Counted from the first letter of the stretch, positions 13,700 through 30,061 are shown. The stretch is 64,000 bases of DNA from Eledone cirrhosa (GCA_964016885.1 OZ024743.1:232748001-232812000); one strand, 5' to 3'. Notes: generated by a model from the letters alone, not told the origin. A program made the numbers and translations.

Positions 13700-14129
13700 A
13701 GAATTCACAAGAATCAAAGCTATGTTCAAAGCATTTATTCACTTATTTATTCACGATAATCGTATATAAATGAGTCACACTTACATGCTCCATGTGTGAC
13801 TAACGCATACACTATCTACTAGATCTGACTATCAAACTATCCTCTTATAATTATCTGTGTTATCTGCCGCATGTATTTTAATTTTAATTTTAATTTTGAT
13901 TTTGATTTTAAATTTGAATTGCTGTACAAATATAGTATAGTATAATATATGTCACTCCACTGTACATCAATATATATATATATGTATCTGTATGTATCTT
14001 GCGTTGGATATGAGGTCAATTATATGTACAAGCATTGAAAAATGCTCCGAAGACCTCTAGCCTAGGTTTGGATGAAACAATTGTAAGTGAATAAATGCTT
14101 TGAACATAGCTTTGATTCTTGTGAATTCT
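13700..14129. repeat. Foldback relic, arms 13700-13745 / 14085-14129
   Basis: Reverse-complementary arms of about 45 bp. Confidence 0.85.
14044..14088 (+). ncRNA. Hammerhead ribozyme, U4C variant
   Basis: gct-CCGAAGA-..-GAAA-caattg-TA-agt; homologue at 58363-58411. Confidence 0.65.
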
Positions 14130-14639
14130 CTCTCTATATATATATACATAATATATGTGCATATATAATATACGAGTGTGAACGTGTGTGTGTGTATGTA
14201 TGTGTGCGTCCGTAGGTGTGTGTATGTACGTATATATGTGTGCGTGTTGGTATATAGAGGCCAGAAATTATGGCTTCTATATCCACAAAGACGTGGCCAA
14301 TATTAGTCTTCATAGACATTTACCAAGACTTCAAAAACTATAATTTGATATTTCCTGCACATTTATTGTTAAAACTGTCTCTGATAATTCGAAATATCTT
14401 TCACTTCTCACATCGCTTGGAGGTGGGACCTCTCTTATTACTAATTCCTTAGTATCAATCAGTCTCCTGTCTATCAAGATCTTCCGCGCTCTCATCACCT
14501 CTCACCCACTCTCTCTCCCCCATTGCACTTCAGCTCGCCCTCACTCTTACACATTTGTATATCTATCTCTCTTTGCATTAGGTGCATATATATACATATC
14601 TCTATAGATAGGTTTGTGGATATATATATATATATATAA

Positions 14640-16110
14640 ATTAATAAAAACAATGAATAAAAACAAAGGACAAGTTCCTTATATTAAAAAATTCATCATT
14701 TTACGATCGTTTCTAGGATATATATGTGTGTTGGTATGTATATCATATAGATCTATGTAAAAATTTTACAAACTATCAGAGGAAATATACATACCTTCAC
14801 ATATATATGCTGTCTTCAGAAATAATGATATTTGTTTATTGAAAAAAAACAACAAAGATTTAATATAATATGTCTGTTTGGGAACAGGTTTTGAATAATT
14901 AATTATATCTTGCAATCATAGAATTAGAAGAACTTTCAAATATTATAAACCTTATTAATATACACCTTACACTTATATGTTACATATTATTATAATTATT
15001 TTTTTTTATTTAGTTAACCTATAATTAGTACTTTACTACAGAGAACTTCATAATTTTATTTCCCTCTTATAGCTCTCTTTTCCTAAAATTAATACCTAAA
15101 AGTATACATATAAATTAATTTAATTTCCTGTTATGAATCTAGATTCCTTGTAGTCTATATAAGATTGGTATTTCTCACTACTACATTTATCCCAAAATTT
15201 TCTTTTCTTTCGTTTTTAACAACATTCTTTAATAACATCTAATTCTTATTTATCACATCCATATGAATTAATATAAATTTGTCCCTATAAGTATACCTAT
15301 CAATTAATTTAATTTCTTGTTATAGATCTAAATTCCTTGTGTTTTAAATAAGATTGGTATTTCCCACTAACACTTTTACCCTAAAATTTTATTCTCCTTC
15401 GATTTTAACATTAACATTATTCTTTAATAGCATCAAATTTTCGTGTACCTTTCACCGGCTTGACCTCTTTTCATCCCCAAAGTATTATTTTCATTCAAAG
15501 TATTCGTTCCATTCAAAACTTAAGTCTGCATTCCTCTACCTCTAAATTAAATTTCTACTACTACTATTCTATCAACTTGACCTCTTACTACTTTTCTATT
15601 GGTCAATTCAAAACCTGTTCCCAAACAGACCTATGATATTAAATCTTTGTTTTTTTTTTCAATAAACAAATATCATTATTTCTTAAGACAGTTCAAATCC
15701 CGCCGAGGTTGACTTTGCCTTTCATCCTTACGGGGTCGATAAAATAACGTACCAGTAATGCACTGGGTAATTGCTGGCCTTGTGCCTAATGTAGAAACAA
15801 TTATTTCTTAAGACAGCATATATATGTGAAGGTATGTATATTTCCTCTGATAGTTTGTAAAATTTTTACATAGATCTATATGATATACATACCAACACAC
15901 ACATATATATCCTAGAAACGATCGTAAAATGATAAATTTGTTAATATAACGAACTGTTTCTTTGTTTTTATTCATTGTTTTTATTAATTTATCTTGACTG
16001 TTTTCCTGAGATTTTCATCGAAAATCTTTGAATGCATCTTCTCTTTTCATGATATTTGGATTAAATTGAGTTCTTCATATGGATTGGACACTACCGTATA
16101 TTTTGGTAGA
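14640..16110. mobile_element. PLE 3' fragment with inverted arm (14640-14896 / 15607-15990); HHR at 14694-14827 minus
   Basis: Same family as 1-545; right arm interrupted by a SINE. Confidence 0.8.
15691..15803 (+). mobile_element. 5'-truncated tRNA-derived SINE (Meta-domain type)
   Basis: gttcaaatcc B box; gcctttcatccttacggggtcgataaaat core; TSD attatttcttaagacag. Confidence 0.85.
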
Positions 16111-16121
16111 TTTATCTATCT

Positions 16122-16214
<93 letters not shown>

Positions 16215-16309
16215 TATATATATACTCATATATACACACATACATACATTCATACTTACATATACATACATTCATACTTACATATATTCATGTATGTTCA
16301 TATATATAA

Positions 16310-16421
<112 letters not shown>

Positions 16422-16499
16422 ATATATATATATATGCGTATCCCGGGTTCAGTCCGGGGTAACCACGGTAAGTAATGTACTCAATACATAGCAGAGTAT

Positions 16500-16610
16500 A
16501 AATATTTAATATAGAAATGGCTTCTACAGGACTGGAACTGTTTACGGATGATTTCCTTCCAATAAAACAGTCCTAGTTCTGTAGAAGCCATTTCTATATT
16601 AAATATATTT
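16500..16610. repeat. Short foldback; family also at 38490-38640 and 45400-45525
   Basis: atagaaatggcttctacag / ctgtagaagccatttctat. Confidence 0.8.
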
Positions 16611-16698
16611 ATGTACACATGTATATATATATATATATATGAATCTGTGTGTATGTTTATATATGTATATGTGTGTGTGCATGTGTAAGTATAAGTGC

Positions 16699-16738
<40 letters not shown>

Positions 16739-16989
16739 GTATACAGAGAGAGAAGGGGAGGGGGGGGAGTAATGGTAGGCACGAACGATGAATGGAAGAC
16801 AGCATGTTTGCTTTTTACAGCTGCCCCTTTCTTCTGGTGATTGATTGGTGAATCTGGCGCTGTATTGCAGCAGCTCCAGCAATTCTTGCATTTACATAAT
16901 TCACTTTCCTGTCCTCCATCACTCGTAAAAATGGCATCAAGTTACTTGGACTTCTCCATTTCACCACCATGAAAGGACGAATATATCTT

Positions 16990-17350
16990 TCATAAATCTT
17001 GGGTAATGGCCGAATGAATAGGAGAGCAAATACAAGCGTCCGAAATGTGTTCCTCCAAAGGATTTTTGAATGAATGTTACTCGATAGCTCAGAGATTACG
17101 AGTCAGTCCAGGTAGAGTAGCTACTTCTCCGAATAGGGAGATCACAGCTCCGATACTATGGACATGTGGTTAGAATGTATCCGAGGAAAGAATCACTGGA
17201 CAGATTTTATAGGTGAAGCTAACTAGCAGCAGATCTAACGGCAGATAACGAACACGGCGGTTGTATAACACCTATAAACTCATTTCGTCTCACTTTGGGA
17301 CCCAGCCAGATTTTTTGGAGACGATTTCTCTTAATAGGACTCTCTAGAAG
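16990..17350 (+). mobile_element. Decayed RTE-clade LINE 3' fragment
   Basis: Encodes LLLRIGRSQLRYYGHVVRM; homologous to 51617-51990. Confidence 0.75.
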
Positions 17351-17391
17351 GCATGCCTGATGCCCCCCCCCCCCCCCTACAAACACAAACA

Positions 17392-17436
<45 letters not shown>

Positions 17437-17548
17437 TTGTTGCAGAAGAAAGGTCAAATCGTTCGTTTGTTTTTGTTTTTTTTCTAGGACTGTTTCAGTC
17501 CCGCATCTGAAAGTATTGTGATCAACTATTATTATGATCATTTACGTT

Positions 17549-17918
17549 GGTGGATTGGCAGTATCGGTAGAGGGTCGGACGCCATGCTTTCCAGCATAGT
17601 TACGTCCCTTTACCATCTGAGTTCAAATCCCGCCGAGGTTGACTTTGCCTTTCATCCTTACGGGGTCGATAAAATAAAGTACCAGTAATACACTGGGTAA
17701 TTGCTGGCCTTGTGCCTAAAGTAGAAACAATTATTATGATCATTTACGTTGGGCGGTGGATTGGCAGTATCGGTAGAGGGTCGGACAGATGCATTGCTTG
17801 CAGCAAAGAGTTACGGCCCGTCGAGGTTAACTTTGCCTTTCATCCTTACGGGGTCGATAAAATAAAGTACCAGTAATGCACTGGGATAATTGCTGGCCTT
17901 GTGCCAAAAGTAGAAATA
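17549..17918 (+). mobile_element. Two tandem tRNA-derived SINEs (17549-17730, 17752-17918)
   Basis: A box tggcagtatcggtag, B box (first copy), Meta-type core; target attatgatcatttacgttg present three times. Confidence 0.9.
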
Positions 17919-18004
17919 ATTATGATCATTTACGTTGGGATAGACACATTTCATATCTCAATTTTTCTCCGATGCTACTTAAGTCAACCGCTTTCTCTCT
18001 CTCT

Positions 18005-18072
<68 letters not shown>

Positions 18073-18073
18073 A

Positions 18074-18104
<31 letters not shown>

Positions 18105-18810
18105 TTATAATATATATATATATAAACACGTATATATATATATGTGTATAGGTGTATGTGTACTTACACACGCATATATACTTAAGCATGGAAAAACACT
18201 AATCTACAATACATATACGCACATAATTAATCCAAGAAAGTAAAATAAAAGAGAGAATAACTAGGAAAAACACAGAGAGAGAAAGAGAGTAAACACAGAG
18301 AGAGAAAGAGAGTAACTAGAAGAGTCATAGAGAATTATGAGACGGTTGTGTGTAATATGGGAAGGACGGCGGTGAGAATGTGAAGGTGAATGGAGTATGT
18401 AAAGTGCTAGAAGTTGCACGACATAAAGATAGGTTACTGATCAAAGTGAGAGATAATTGGTTAAAAGAAACTTTGTTCATAACTATATGGTTACGGGCAC
18501 ATTAATATTTAAAATATCTGCAAAATTATCAGTTATTATCAGTTCAGGTTAACCGACCAGTACTTTGAAAAAGGGGGTTTTATTCGTCTTGCTACCCTTG
18601 GGCCATATGTTAGCAAATTCTAGTTCCTAATTTCTATAGATGTGTTGCAAAAATAAAAGACTAGAAAATAAAGAGGGGAAGGAGAAGAGACTGAAATAAT
18701 CGTTAGTTTGGATTGAAATATCTATATGAATGTAGGTGCGTCCGTACATAGCTATATTATATACACATGTGTATATATGTGTGCGTGTGTGTTGTGTTCG
18801 TGTGTGTATT

Positions 18811-18930
<120 letters not shown>

Positions 18931-18983
18931 AGTGCTATATATATATATATATATATATATAGCACTTATGTGTTTATATATAA

Positions 18984-19068
<85 letters not shown>

Positions 19069-19626
19069 TATGTATATTTATATATAAACAAAAGTGCTAT
19101 ATATATATATATATATATACCACATGTGAGTATATATATATATGTGTGTGTATGTGTGTGTGTGTGTGTGCGTGGCTTTATGTATATATATGAATCGGGG
19201 TGAAGGGAGGGAAAGTAAATGAAAGAAAATTCGAAAACCTGATGATGTCAAATTCTGCAAACCAGCTTCATGTAAAATACAATTAATGAAATGCATACGC
19301 ACAACGGCACACACAGAGATATACATATACGGGCGTGAACTCGCACACACACACACACACACATTCATTCACACATTCATTCACACACACATACACACAT
19401 ATAAACAGACACACAGATGCCCTTCACACACATTTATTTATTTGACTATCGTTGGTTCCGAAGAGAAATGTTCCAATTTTTTTTGAAACGACATTTCAGC
19501 CTGCTCATGAAATTACCGTGCAACTGACTGAAGATTCCGCAGAACCGTGCATCCCTCTTGGAGTTCGCTGGGAGATTGGAGGTGAAACTATGTGAGGTAT
19601 ATTATATAGGTATAATACACTTTTAT

Positions 19627-19815
19627 GTCAGGTCACGCTTCAGTGCTACTGGTAGCGTGTATCCCAGTACAACCTGTCGCATGGTCGGGTCGTCGGTGAC
19701 TAATCCGGCAACCCCACCAAGTTTACTTGGTGAGGAGGGTGATTTTTGACACCCTGCAGGACAAAAAACAAAACTCACAAAGGCCAGAAGAACTCATAAG
19801 AGTCAACAGCCATCT
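19627..19815 (+). mobile_element. Diverged 5' part of the 610-bp repeat at 23827 / 62910
   Basis: Colinear similarity gtcaggtcac..tatcccagtacaacc..gaggagggtga. Confidence 0.75.
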
Positions 19816-22517
19816 AAAGAAAAGAAAATCCTGCCAAATCAATGGGTGGCAGTAGTTCCAGCTGCACACATCGAAAGACTGGTGTAGTGGTTCTGAGAAC
19901 AATACAGCTTTGCAGATGATTAGTGCAAATTGACAATGGAAAGGCGCTCCCGCTCGAGTTAGAAGAGAACTATTGACCTTCAGATGAAGCAGCAACCCCT
20001 GATTGTATTCAGCAACCGAAACAAATATGAGGTACACCAAATCCAATGCTCCTAGGGGCGGCCCTAGTTCTTCTTATTTGCGAGTGTAATCTCGTTCAGA
20101 TTAGATAGATTACACTTTTGCCAGGCAAATGTATACATACATATGTGTGTGTGTGTGTGTATGTATGTGTGTGTGTGGTTTGTGTCTCTATGTGTGTGTG
20201 TGTGTAATTATATGCGTATATGTATCGTGAGTTGAACTTGAATCTCTGCCTTCTGAATCTGTACGCAGTAGTGCACTTAATGAATATATACATTCAAAAT
20301 GGGTGGCGCACAGGACAAGCAATGAAATAAAAAAGAACGGAGAGACGGACAATTCCATCTCTTCAGTCAACCGCTGGAAATCATTGAGGTTTCGGTTGAT
20401 TAATGATGAGATCATATGAAACACCACTTTGAAAATTATGTAAGCAATATATATACATATATATACAGAGAGAGAGATTGGGAGAGGGAAAGAGAGGAAG
20501 AGAGGAAGAGAGGAAGAGAGAAAAAAGAGATAGAGAAAGATGGAGAGAAAAAGAAAGAGAGAAATAGAATATAAAGTTAGATAGTTGTCGTTGAAATGTA
20601 TAAATACGGCGACATCGCAGATTGGGGGAATATCTCTATATGAAGATTTTTAACATGTAATATCAATGTGGGATCTTATAGATTTGACTGAAAAAACTTC
20701 TCAGTAAGAGGAAAATGAATCTGAATAAATATTACGCCTATTTCTATTAAGGAATAACGTAATTTTTTTTTTTTTTTTAAATACAAAGTTTGCATAAATT
20801 GTTACATTGATATAATCATTCAAATTGTATCTACTTCTCAAATCTCAAATGTATTTCGATACACTTGTATTTGTTCGGCTGGCTAATGTTTTAAAAGATA
20901 AAATAGGTTGGTGGTTTTGTTTCAATTTCAATACTTTTACTCTTAATACTACATGGTTTTTACAATCATTTCAATAATGGATGACAACTACAGCCAAGCT
21001 TACTGTATAAGGAACAGTTTTTAAACTTATTCCTTCTTATATACAGATATATACACCTGGTCCGAACACAAAAGAACCAAATTTCCACTGTCACGGCCTC
21101 TGTCTCTCCCGCTCTTCCCATCTCTCACTATTATGAGAAAATGGGGTCCCATGAACTGGCCGCCTCGCGGCCTCGATGGACGAAATAAAGGCGACTTTTC
21201 TCCGGAGGATGGTGAAGGAGACGTGCTGGAAGAGCCATTCCAGCTCGCGTGACATAATATAAACTAGGACTCACAAATCATTTCCTGTCTAAAAAAACGT
21301 ATTTGAGAGTTTATTCAATTACACATTTGAATAGAATTTGTGTTAGGTTAGACGGAGTTATGAATTGTTTCCTGTTAATATTTGACATGGATTCTACAAA
21401 ATAGATTATAGTGGAATAACTGGCTTTCTACAGGGTAGACCAAAAATCACTTCTTACCTATATTTATTAATAAAACATTAAACATTAACTCAAAAATAAC
21501 TTTTCCTGGAGGGTGTATATTTCAATAATTGGACCTTGTTTTTATTCAAATTTTAATAATAAAAAAATTATGAATTCTTTTAATAAGAAGTGACTTTTGG
21601 CCCACACTGTACAACTATGATATTTAGAAAAAGGTTTAATCAAAGGTATTTTAGTAATTGCTAATAACGCGGGTATCTACTTCAATAATATAAAGGGGAG
21701 ATGTATAGTATTTTTGTGGTTTTCTTTGTTTGTCTATATGTTATATAATGATTATTTTTCTATAAAGTTAATCATTTCCTTTAAACAACATTTTATTAAT
21801 GCCACCTAATCGTAATTTGTTACATTTTTTAACGAATTTTCAATGTGTGAAATGGTTGATAGAGGAAGGTTAATATTTTTCACTAAATTAAGATAGTTTC
21901 GAGGTGATTCGAGTTTTTTGTTGATTATACTGTAATATTCATTTCATTTTGTTTCGTACAGGGAATATATATTCTTAACTTTATGAGTTTAATGTAATAG
22001 AAGGAAATTAACTACACTAAGGTTGGAGTCGACTATAACCATCAAGTTTAATTCTTTGAGCAAATTAATGAGATATTTTCTCAACTTTCTGCTGAAATTT
22101 CGCATCCAATGGCATAAGGAAGAGAGGTTCATTTGCCAATAAGTCATTATCAAAAGATATTTAAGATCTTCTTGCATGCATGATATGACTTTAACACTCA
22201 ATTAATTATGGAAGAAACTTTTAAACAGTATACGATAAAATTGCAAAGTATTTTGCTTCCTAAAGGATATGTTTCATGCTTTATACAATTACACATTTGA
22301 ATGGGAATCGTGGTGAATAATGAATAATTAATTTTAAGCAAAGCTTTGCTCAAAACAATTAACTAGTTTATGTTGAAACCTATATTGCCTGAATATCCTA
22401 TAAAATGAAGTACTAATCACGAAATTCTAACTTCAATTAAAAATTTTATCACACTACACTTTGCCTACGGTCCATTTTCAGCATGCCAATGTACACTAAG
22501 GTGAAATCACTCTTCTG

Positions 22518-22582
<65 letters not shown>

Positions 22583-22657
22583 TACACAAACACACACAAA
22601 CACACAAACACCCAGAAACACATATTTATATATATATATATACATATAAAGGTTTAC

Positions 22658-22707
<50 letters not shown>

Positions 22708-22759
22708 TTTGCAACGGGTCACTTTGTGGCTCAATGAAGAGTTAATAAATTAAACAATC

Positions 22760-23139
22760 AGAGCTATATATCATAAAACATGTCTATAGAATCACCAGAT
22801 AAAATATATACAGTTTCCTCTCCCAATTAGCATAATTAACCATATAAAAAATCGATTAGATCAAGCTATAAGAATAAAGGCTTCTATGAAGAAATCTCCA
22901 ACAAATAACCAAAAGCAGCTCTTCGGGGCGGTTGCGACGGATTATTTATCGAGTATTTCGACAGCGTGTATAAATCGCCCAGATATACAGTCAACTGCTT
23001 TCGGTTATTTGTTGGAGATTTCTTCATAGAAGCCTTTATTCTTATAGCTTGGTCTAATCGATGTTTTATATGGTTAATTATGCTAATTGGGAGAGGAAAC
23101 TGTATATATTTTATCTGGTGATTCTATAGACATGTTTTA

Positions 23140-23143
<4 letters not shown>
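22760..23143. repeat. Foldback element, arms about 22768-22918 / 22995-23143
   Basis: Reverse-complementary arms of about 150 bp. Confidence 0.9.
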
Positions 23144-24522
<1,379 letters not shown>

Positions 24523-24975
24523 TTCTTTAATAACATCTAACTTTATTTATCACATCTATATGAATTAATTAAATTTATCCCTATAAGTATACCTATCAAT
24601 TAAATTAATTTAATTTCTTTTTATAGATCTAAATTCCTTATATTTTAAATAAGATTGGTATTTTTCACTAACACATTTATCCTAAATTTGTTATTCACCT
24701 TCGATTTTAACATTAGCATTATTCTTTAATAACATCAAATTTTCGTGTACCTTTCACCGGCTTGACCTCTGTTCATCCCCATAGTAATCTTTTCATTCAA
24801 AGTATTATTTCCATTCAAAACTGAAGTCTGCATTCCTCTACCCCTAAATTAAATTTCTACTACTACTATTCTATCAACTTGACCACTTACTACTCTTCTA
24901 TTGGTCAATTTAAAACCTGTTCCCAAATATTAAATCTTCGTTGGTGTTTTTCAATAAACAAATATCATTATTTCT

Positions 24976-25082
24976 TCCCGCCGAGGTTAACGCTGCCTTT
25001 CATCCTTACGGGGTCGATAAAATAAAGTACCAGTAATGTACTGGGTAATTGCTGGCCTTGTGCCAAAAGTAGAAACAATTAT
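24976..25082 (+). mobile_element. 5'-truncated SINE in a PLE pseudo-LTR
   Basis: Meta-type core; TSD attatttct. Confidence 0.85.
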
Positions 25083-25265
25083 TTCTGAAGACAGCATATA
25101 TATGTGTAGGTATGTATATTCCCTCTGATAGTTTGTAAAATTTTTACATAGATCTATATGATATACATACCAACACACACATATATATCCTAGAAATGAT
25201 CGTAAAATGATGAATTTTTTTAATATAAGGAACTGTTTCTTTGTTTTTATTCATTGTTTTTATTA

Positions 25266-25389
<124 letters not shown>

Positions 25390-25552
25390 GTATATATATA
25401 TATACGTATAAGGAAAAAAGATGAATCGAAAATGCAAATAGAGTCTTTTTATTTTAAATAAATATATTTATTTGGATCCTTTTCCGGTTTAGCAGTTCTG
25501 CTTTTCAAAAGAAGAGTTGAGATGGAGGGTCTGTGGTTTTTCTCACATATAT

Positions 25553-25609
<57 letters not shown>

Positions 25610-25611
25610 CG

Positions 25612-25649
<38 letters not shown>

Positions 25650-25659
25650 TATATAAGTT

Positions 25660-25769
25660 GAAATAAAATGAAAGCGAAATTTCATTTCTCACTCTTAGTA
25701 TGGCACTTACTTAAATGTAAGTATGTATGTATACGTACATACATATATGTATACAGACGTACAGTAGCA

Positions 25770-25814
<45 letters not shown>

Positions 25815-26152
25815 GTACACATACATATATGCACGCATCAGTTTAGCGGACGCTTATTATAACGCCGCTTTTTTCGTTTGTAAACAAACTGAACAGCCTG
25901 AATTTATGCCATACGGTGTTAAGGCAATCACGTCACCTTTTTGTTCAACACTGACACAGGAACGATGTACTAGTTTCAAGCTTGTTAGCTATCATCAGCA
26001 CCGTATACCCATCTGCCAGATAGTTGAACGTTCGAAAGTATATACTTTCCTTATGAAAATTAATGGCTGAGCAGCCTAATTTGCATATTGAGTGAGTTAA
26101 ATCGGTCAGGCATACCGAAAATACCGTGCGTGCATATATGTATGTGTACCTG

Positions 26153-26195
<43 letters not shown>

Positions 26196-26200
26196 ACCTG

Positions 26201-26254
<54 letters not shown>

Positions 26255-26304
26255 TGCTACTGTACGTCTGTATACATATATGTATGTACGTATACATACA
26301 TACT

Positions 26305-26310
<6 letters not shown>
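25660..26310. mobile_element. PLE terminal relic with inverted arm; homologue at 39215-39925
   Basis: 25715-25835 is the reverse complement of 26125-26310; HHR inside. Confidence 0.75.
25963..26003 (-). ncRNA. Type I hammerhead ribozyme
   Basis: cggtg-CTGATGA-tagc taacaa gctt-GAAA-ctag-TA-catcg. Confidence 0.85.
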
Positions 26311-26378
<68 letters not shown>

Positions 26379-26379
26379 C

Positions 26380-26432
<53 letters not shown>

Positions 26433-26444
26433 GAGAGGGAGAGA

Positions 26445-26486
<42 letters not shown>

Positions 26487-27222
26487 GAGAGAGAGAGAGA
26501 TGGGGGGAAGAGAGGGTAATAAAGAGAAACACGTCAACCTTGTGTTCGTGTGTGTCTGCGTAAGTATAAAACGAAGTCCCACCTTGGGGGTTTAATTAAG
26601 GATGACTACAACATATGACGATCAGTGACATCTATTCCATTCTCATCTGTTCAGTGTTCAGTAGTTTCTCCCTACACTTTCTTACTTTCCTTCTTTTTTT
26701 TATTTTTTGATCAATCCCTCCCCTTCTATTTTCTTTTCGTCGTTTCGCTTCTCCATTCTTCTTAAACATATTTTGACTGATACGACGTAGGTGCCTCCGT
26801 TACATATGATTAATTATATTCCCTTTTGTCTCTATTGAATCAAAGATCTGTCAGACGTGACAATAACATTGATATAGGCTGATAGTAGCGTCAATGAACT
26901 CTAACCTGAAGCCACGAGAAAGATAGAGTGGTGTGAGAATGTGACGGTAAGATTTAGAGAATGAAAGAGAATTAGTGCCTCTTTGAAAGGTGTGCGTGTG
27001 CTGTAAATATGTAGGGACTCTCTTGATTATCATAATTAATATTTTATTATTATCATTATTATCAGCAGTAGTAGTAGTAGTAGTAGTAGTAGTTGTTGTT
27101 ATGGTGGTGGTGGTGGTGGTGGTAGTGGTGGTGGCGGCGGTGGTAGTAGAACACTTCACGGTGTGAGTTCAAACCCCACTAATATCATACATATTTGTTC
27201 CAAAGTCGATAAAATGTTTAAG

Positions 27223-27304
<82 letters not shown>

Positions 27305-27310
<6 letters not shown>

Positions 27311-30061
27311 AATAATAATAATAATAATAGAAACGTTAACCACAGACACAGCAACAGTGACCACAGTAGTAATAACGGTAACAATACGAACAACAACAAC
27401 AACAATAACCACAGTGGTAATAATGGAAATAGTACATGTAGCAACATCAACAAAAACAAGAAACATAATAATAGTAACAACCACAATGGTAGAAATAGCA
27501 GTAACAACAACAACAATAACGGTGAAGTAAACAACAATACATCTAGCAATCATAACAATAATAATATTAATGCTAATGATAGAAACAACAACAACCACCA
27601 TGATAACAATAATAGCAACACACACAACTATGACGATAGAAATAACGACAACCCCTTAGAGAAACTATTTTTCAACCCAGCTGACAAAACATATAAGATG
27701 GGTAATATCTATCCTACGAGGTTACCCTTTAATAAAAGAGTTTGCATACCACAGCAAATAGATGACGAGACGGAGGCACAGTTCACCATAGCTAGAAATA
27801 AGATTAGACAAGTAGTAGACAGGTACACTATGAGACAGAGCAGACCAGAGGCCCAACAACTTGGGATAAAACCTGTAGAAGGCTTGGTTAGCCTCAAGCA
27901 GCGCACAAGGGATGGTGAGGTAGTGTGTCTACCCACAGATAAGTCTGGTAGGATGTCAATAGATAGCATGCCGAACTACATCGAGGCAATGCAACCCCAC
28001 ATCACCAACACGAGCGAAGTTGCACAACTAACACACGATGGGAGAGAAAAAATCCTCAACGCTCACATGATGATGTGGACTGACATCCTAAAGCCAAGCA
28101 GACGCACTGCCAACAACTTCCAGGCGTCTAACAATGGCATACCACCCTTGTATGGGCTCCGCAAAGACCACAAGACAGTCGACGACCCGACAACAGGACC
28201 ACCAACAAGACCCGTATGCGGAGCTAATATAGCTAGCAACTACAGGATCTCCTACTTCCTCTCAATGGTTATACGCCCCATAATCAAGATGTCCCCAGAT
28301 GTATGTGAAAGTACAGAGGACCTCCTCAGCAGAATCAGTGAGTGCAACAAAAACAGGAGCCTATCCAACTGCATAATAGGCAGCATGGATGTGGTGTCAC
28401 TGTACCCATCCATTAACATTGATTTTGCTGTGAAAAGATGTGTGGAGATGATCATTGAGAGTGAGGTGGAGTTCTGCGACGTCGACACAGACGAACTGGG
28501 CCTCCTACTTAGACTTACCTACGACACTGACTACCTAGACAGCCATGACCTTAGATGTTTCTGCCCTAGTAGACCTATAAGAGGTAGACCCCCCACCATA
28601 ACCTCAATGGCTAAAAAGACTCCCATAGGAAGGTGGATTGGGTGGACCAAAGCTATACGGACCCCCCAAAACACTGATCAGGTAAGAAAAATGGTCGCAC
28701 ATGCAATAGGGGCTAGTATCAAAACTACCCTAAAGGGCCACATATTTAAGTTCAATGAGAAAATCTACACCCAAAATGAGGGAGCAGCCATCGGCGTCAG
28801 CATAGCTGGTGATGTTGCCAACCTTTTCTTGGTATGGTGGGAAAGGAGACTTAAAGATCTCCTCCTTAATGAAAGCTCCATAGACCTCATCATGTACTCT
28901 CGTTATGTAGACGATATCAATATAGTTATAAGAACACCCCCACTAGAGAGCACTAACAAGTTTGATTTAGAACGTAGCACGATGGAAAGCATCCAGCAGA
29001 TAGCTAATTCCATACACCAGAGTATAACTGTAACTATAGACTTCCCTTCCAAACACCCTAACAATAGACTACCTGTATTAGACACAGAACTCTGGATTAA
29101 CACTATAGACGAGAGAGCCCAAATTCTCCACTCACACTATGCTAAACCCATGGCCTCCAAATACCTGATACTCAAAAACTCAGCAATGTCCAGTAGTGCT
29201 AAGTTTAATATTCTGATCGCAGATTTGGTACGAGTGATGAAGAATGTGTCCAGCATGTGCGACCCAACAGAAATGGAAGGACACATCCAACACTTCATCA
29301 ACCGCATGCAGTTCTCTGGCTACAACCAAAGAGACAGAGTCAGAGTATACGAAGGAGCCATGGAAAAGTATAAGACCCTTATAGAACTGAACATGAAAGG
29401 AATTTGCCCACTATACAGGAGCAAATCATGGAATAGCTTAGATAGGGCTAGACATAAGATAGGGAAGGCCACATCATGGTACGACAACCAGAGATATCAG
29501 AGTGTCATGTTTGTGGACGCCACCCCTGGAGGGAAATTAGCTAACCAGTGTAGAAAGGCCCTGAGAAAGACCCACTTAAAAATAAAGGTGGTAGAAAAGC
29601 CAGGAACCACCATAAAATCCCTGATCAGCAAAACCTACCCTTTTAAGAAAACCCACTGTACCAATAGGAAATGTATCATATGTAAGGTGAACCCCCGGAT
29701 AAACTGTAAAACTAGAAACGTAGTCTATAGCATAAGATGTACAGAGGGTACTTGCAGAAACACGACAACAACATACATAGGTGAGACAGCTCGTAGCATA
29801 GGTGAAAGGATAGACCAACACTGGGGGGAACTAAAAGGACGAAAAAACGGGTCAGTACTATACGAACATGCTAGACAACAACATGACGGTAACATAGACA
29901 ACATAGAAATTAGAATAATATCTAAACATAGGAATGACCCAGCAGATAGGCAAATCAGAGAGGCCAGTGAAATAGAAATTAGAAGACCAAAGCTAAACAG
30001 AAAGAATGAGTGGAACAACAACAACACCCAAACAAACAACACTGACCTAAGAGAAGTATAA
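27305..30061 (+). CDS. PLE reverse transcriptase + GIY-YIG endonuclease, probably Naiad-like
   Basis: PTDKSGR, PPTRPVCGA, SMDVVSLYPSI, GAAIGVSIAG, SRYVDD, FVDATPGG..KVVEKPG, CTNRKCIIC, NVVYSIRC..YIGET; uninterrupted 918 codons; ATG at microsatellite junction. Confidence 0.95.

Noticed and set aside
17528-17938. CRISPR-like repeat-spacer pattern
   Set aside because: Repeats are SINE target-site duplications, the 'spacers' are homologous SINEs, and the context is eukaryotic
27305-27650. Asn-rich N-terminus as a prion-like domain with a real start
   Set aside because: ATG arises at the (TA)n junction and the tract is a degenerate (AAC/AAT)n; the element is probably 5'-truncated
27305-30061. 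Selenocysteine-encoding Naiad
   Set aside because: No in-frame TGA in the 918-codon frame
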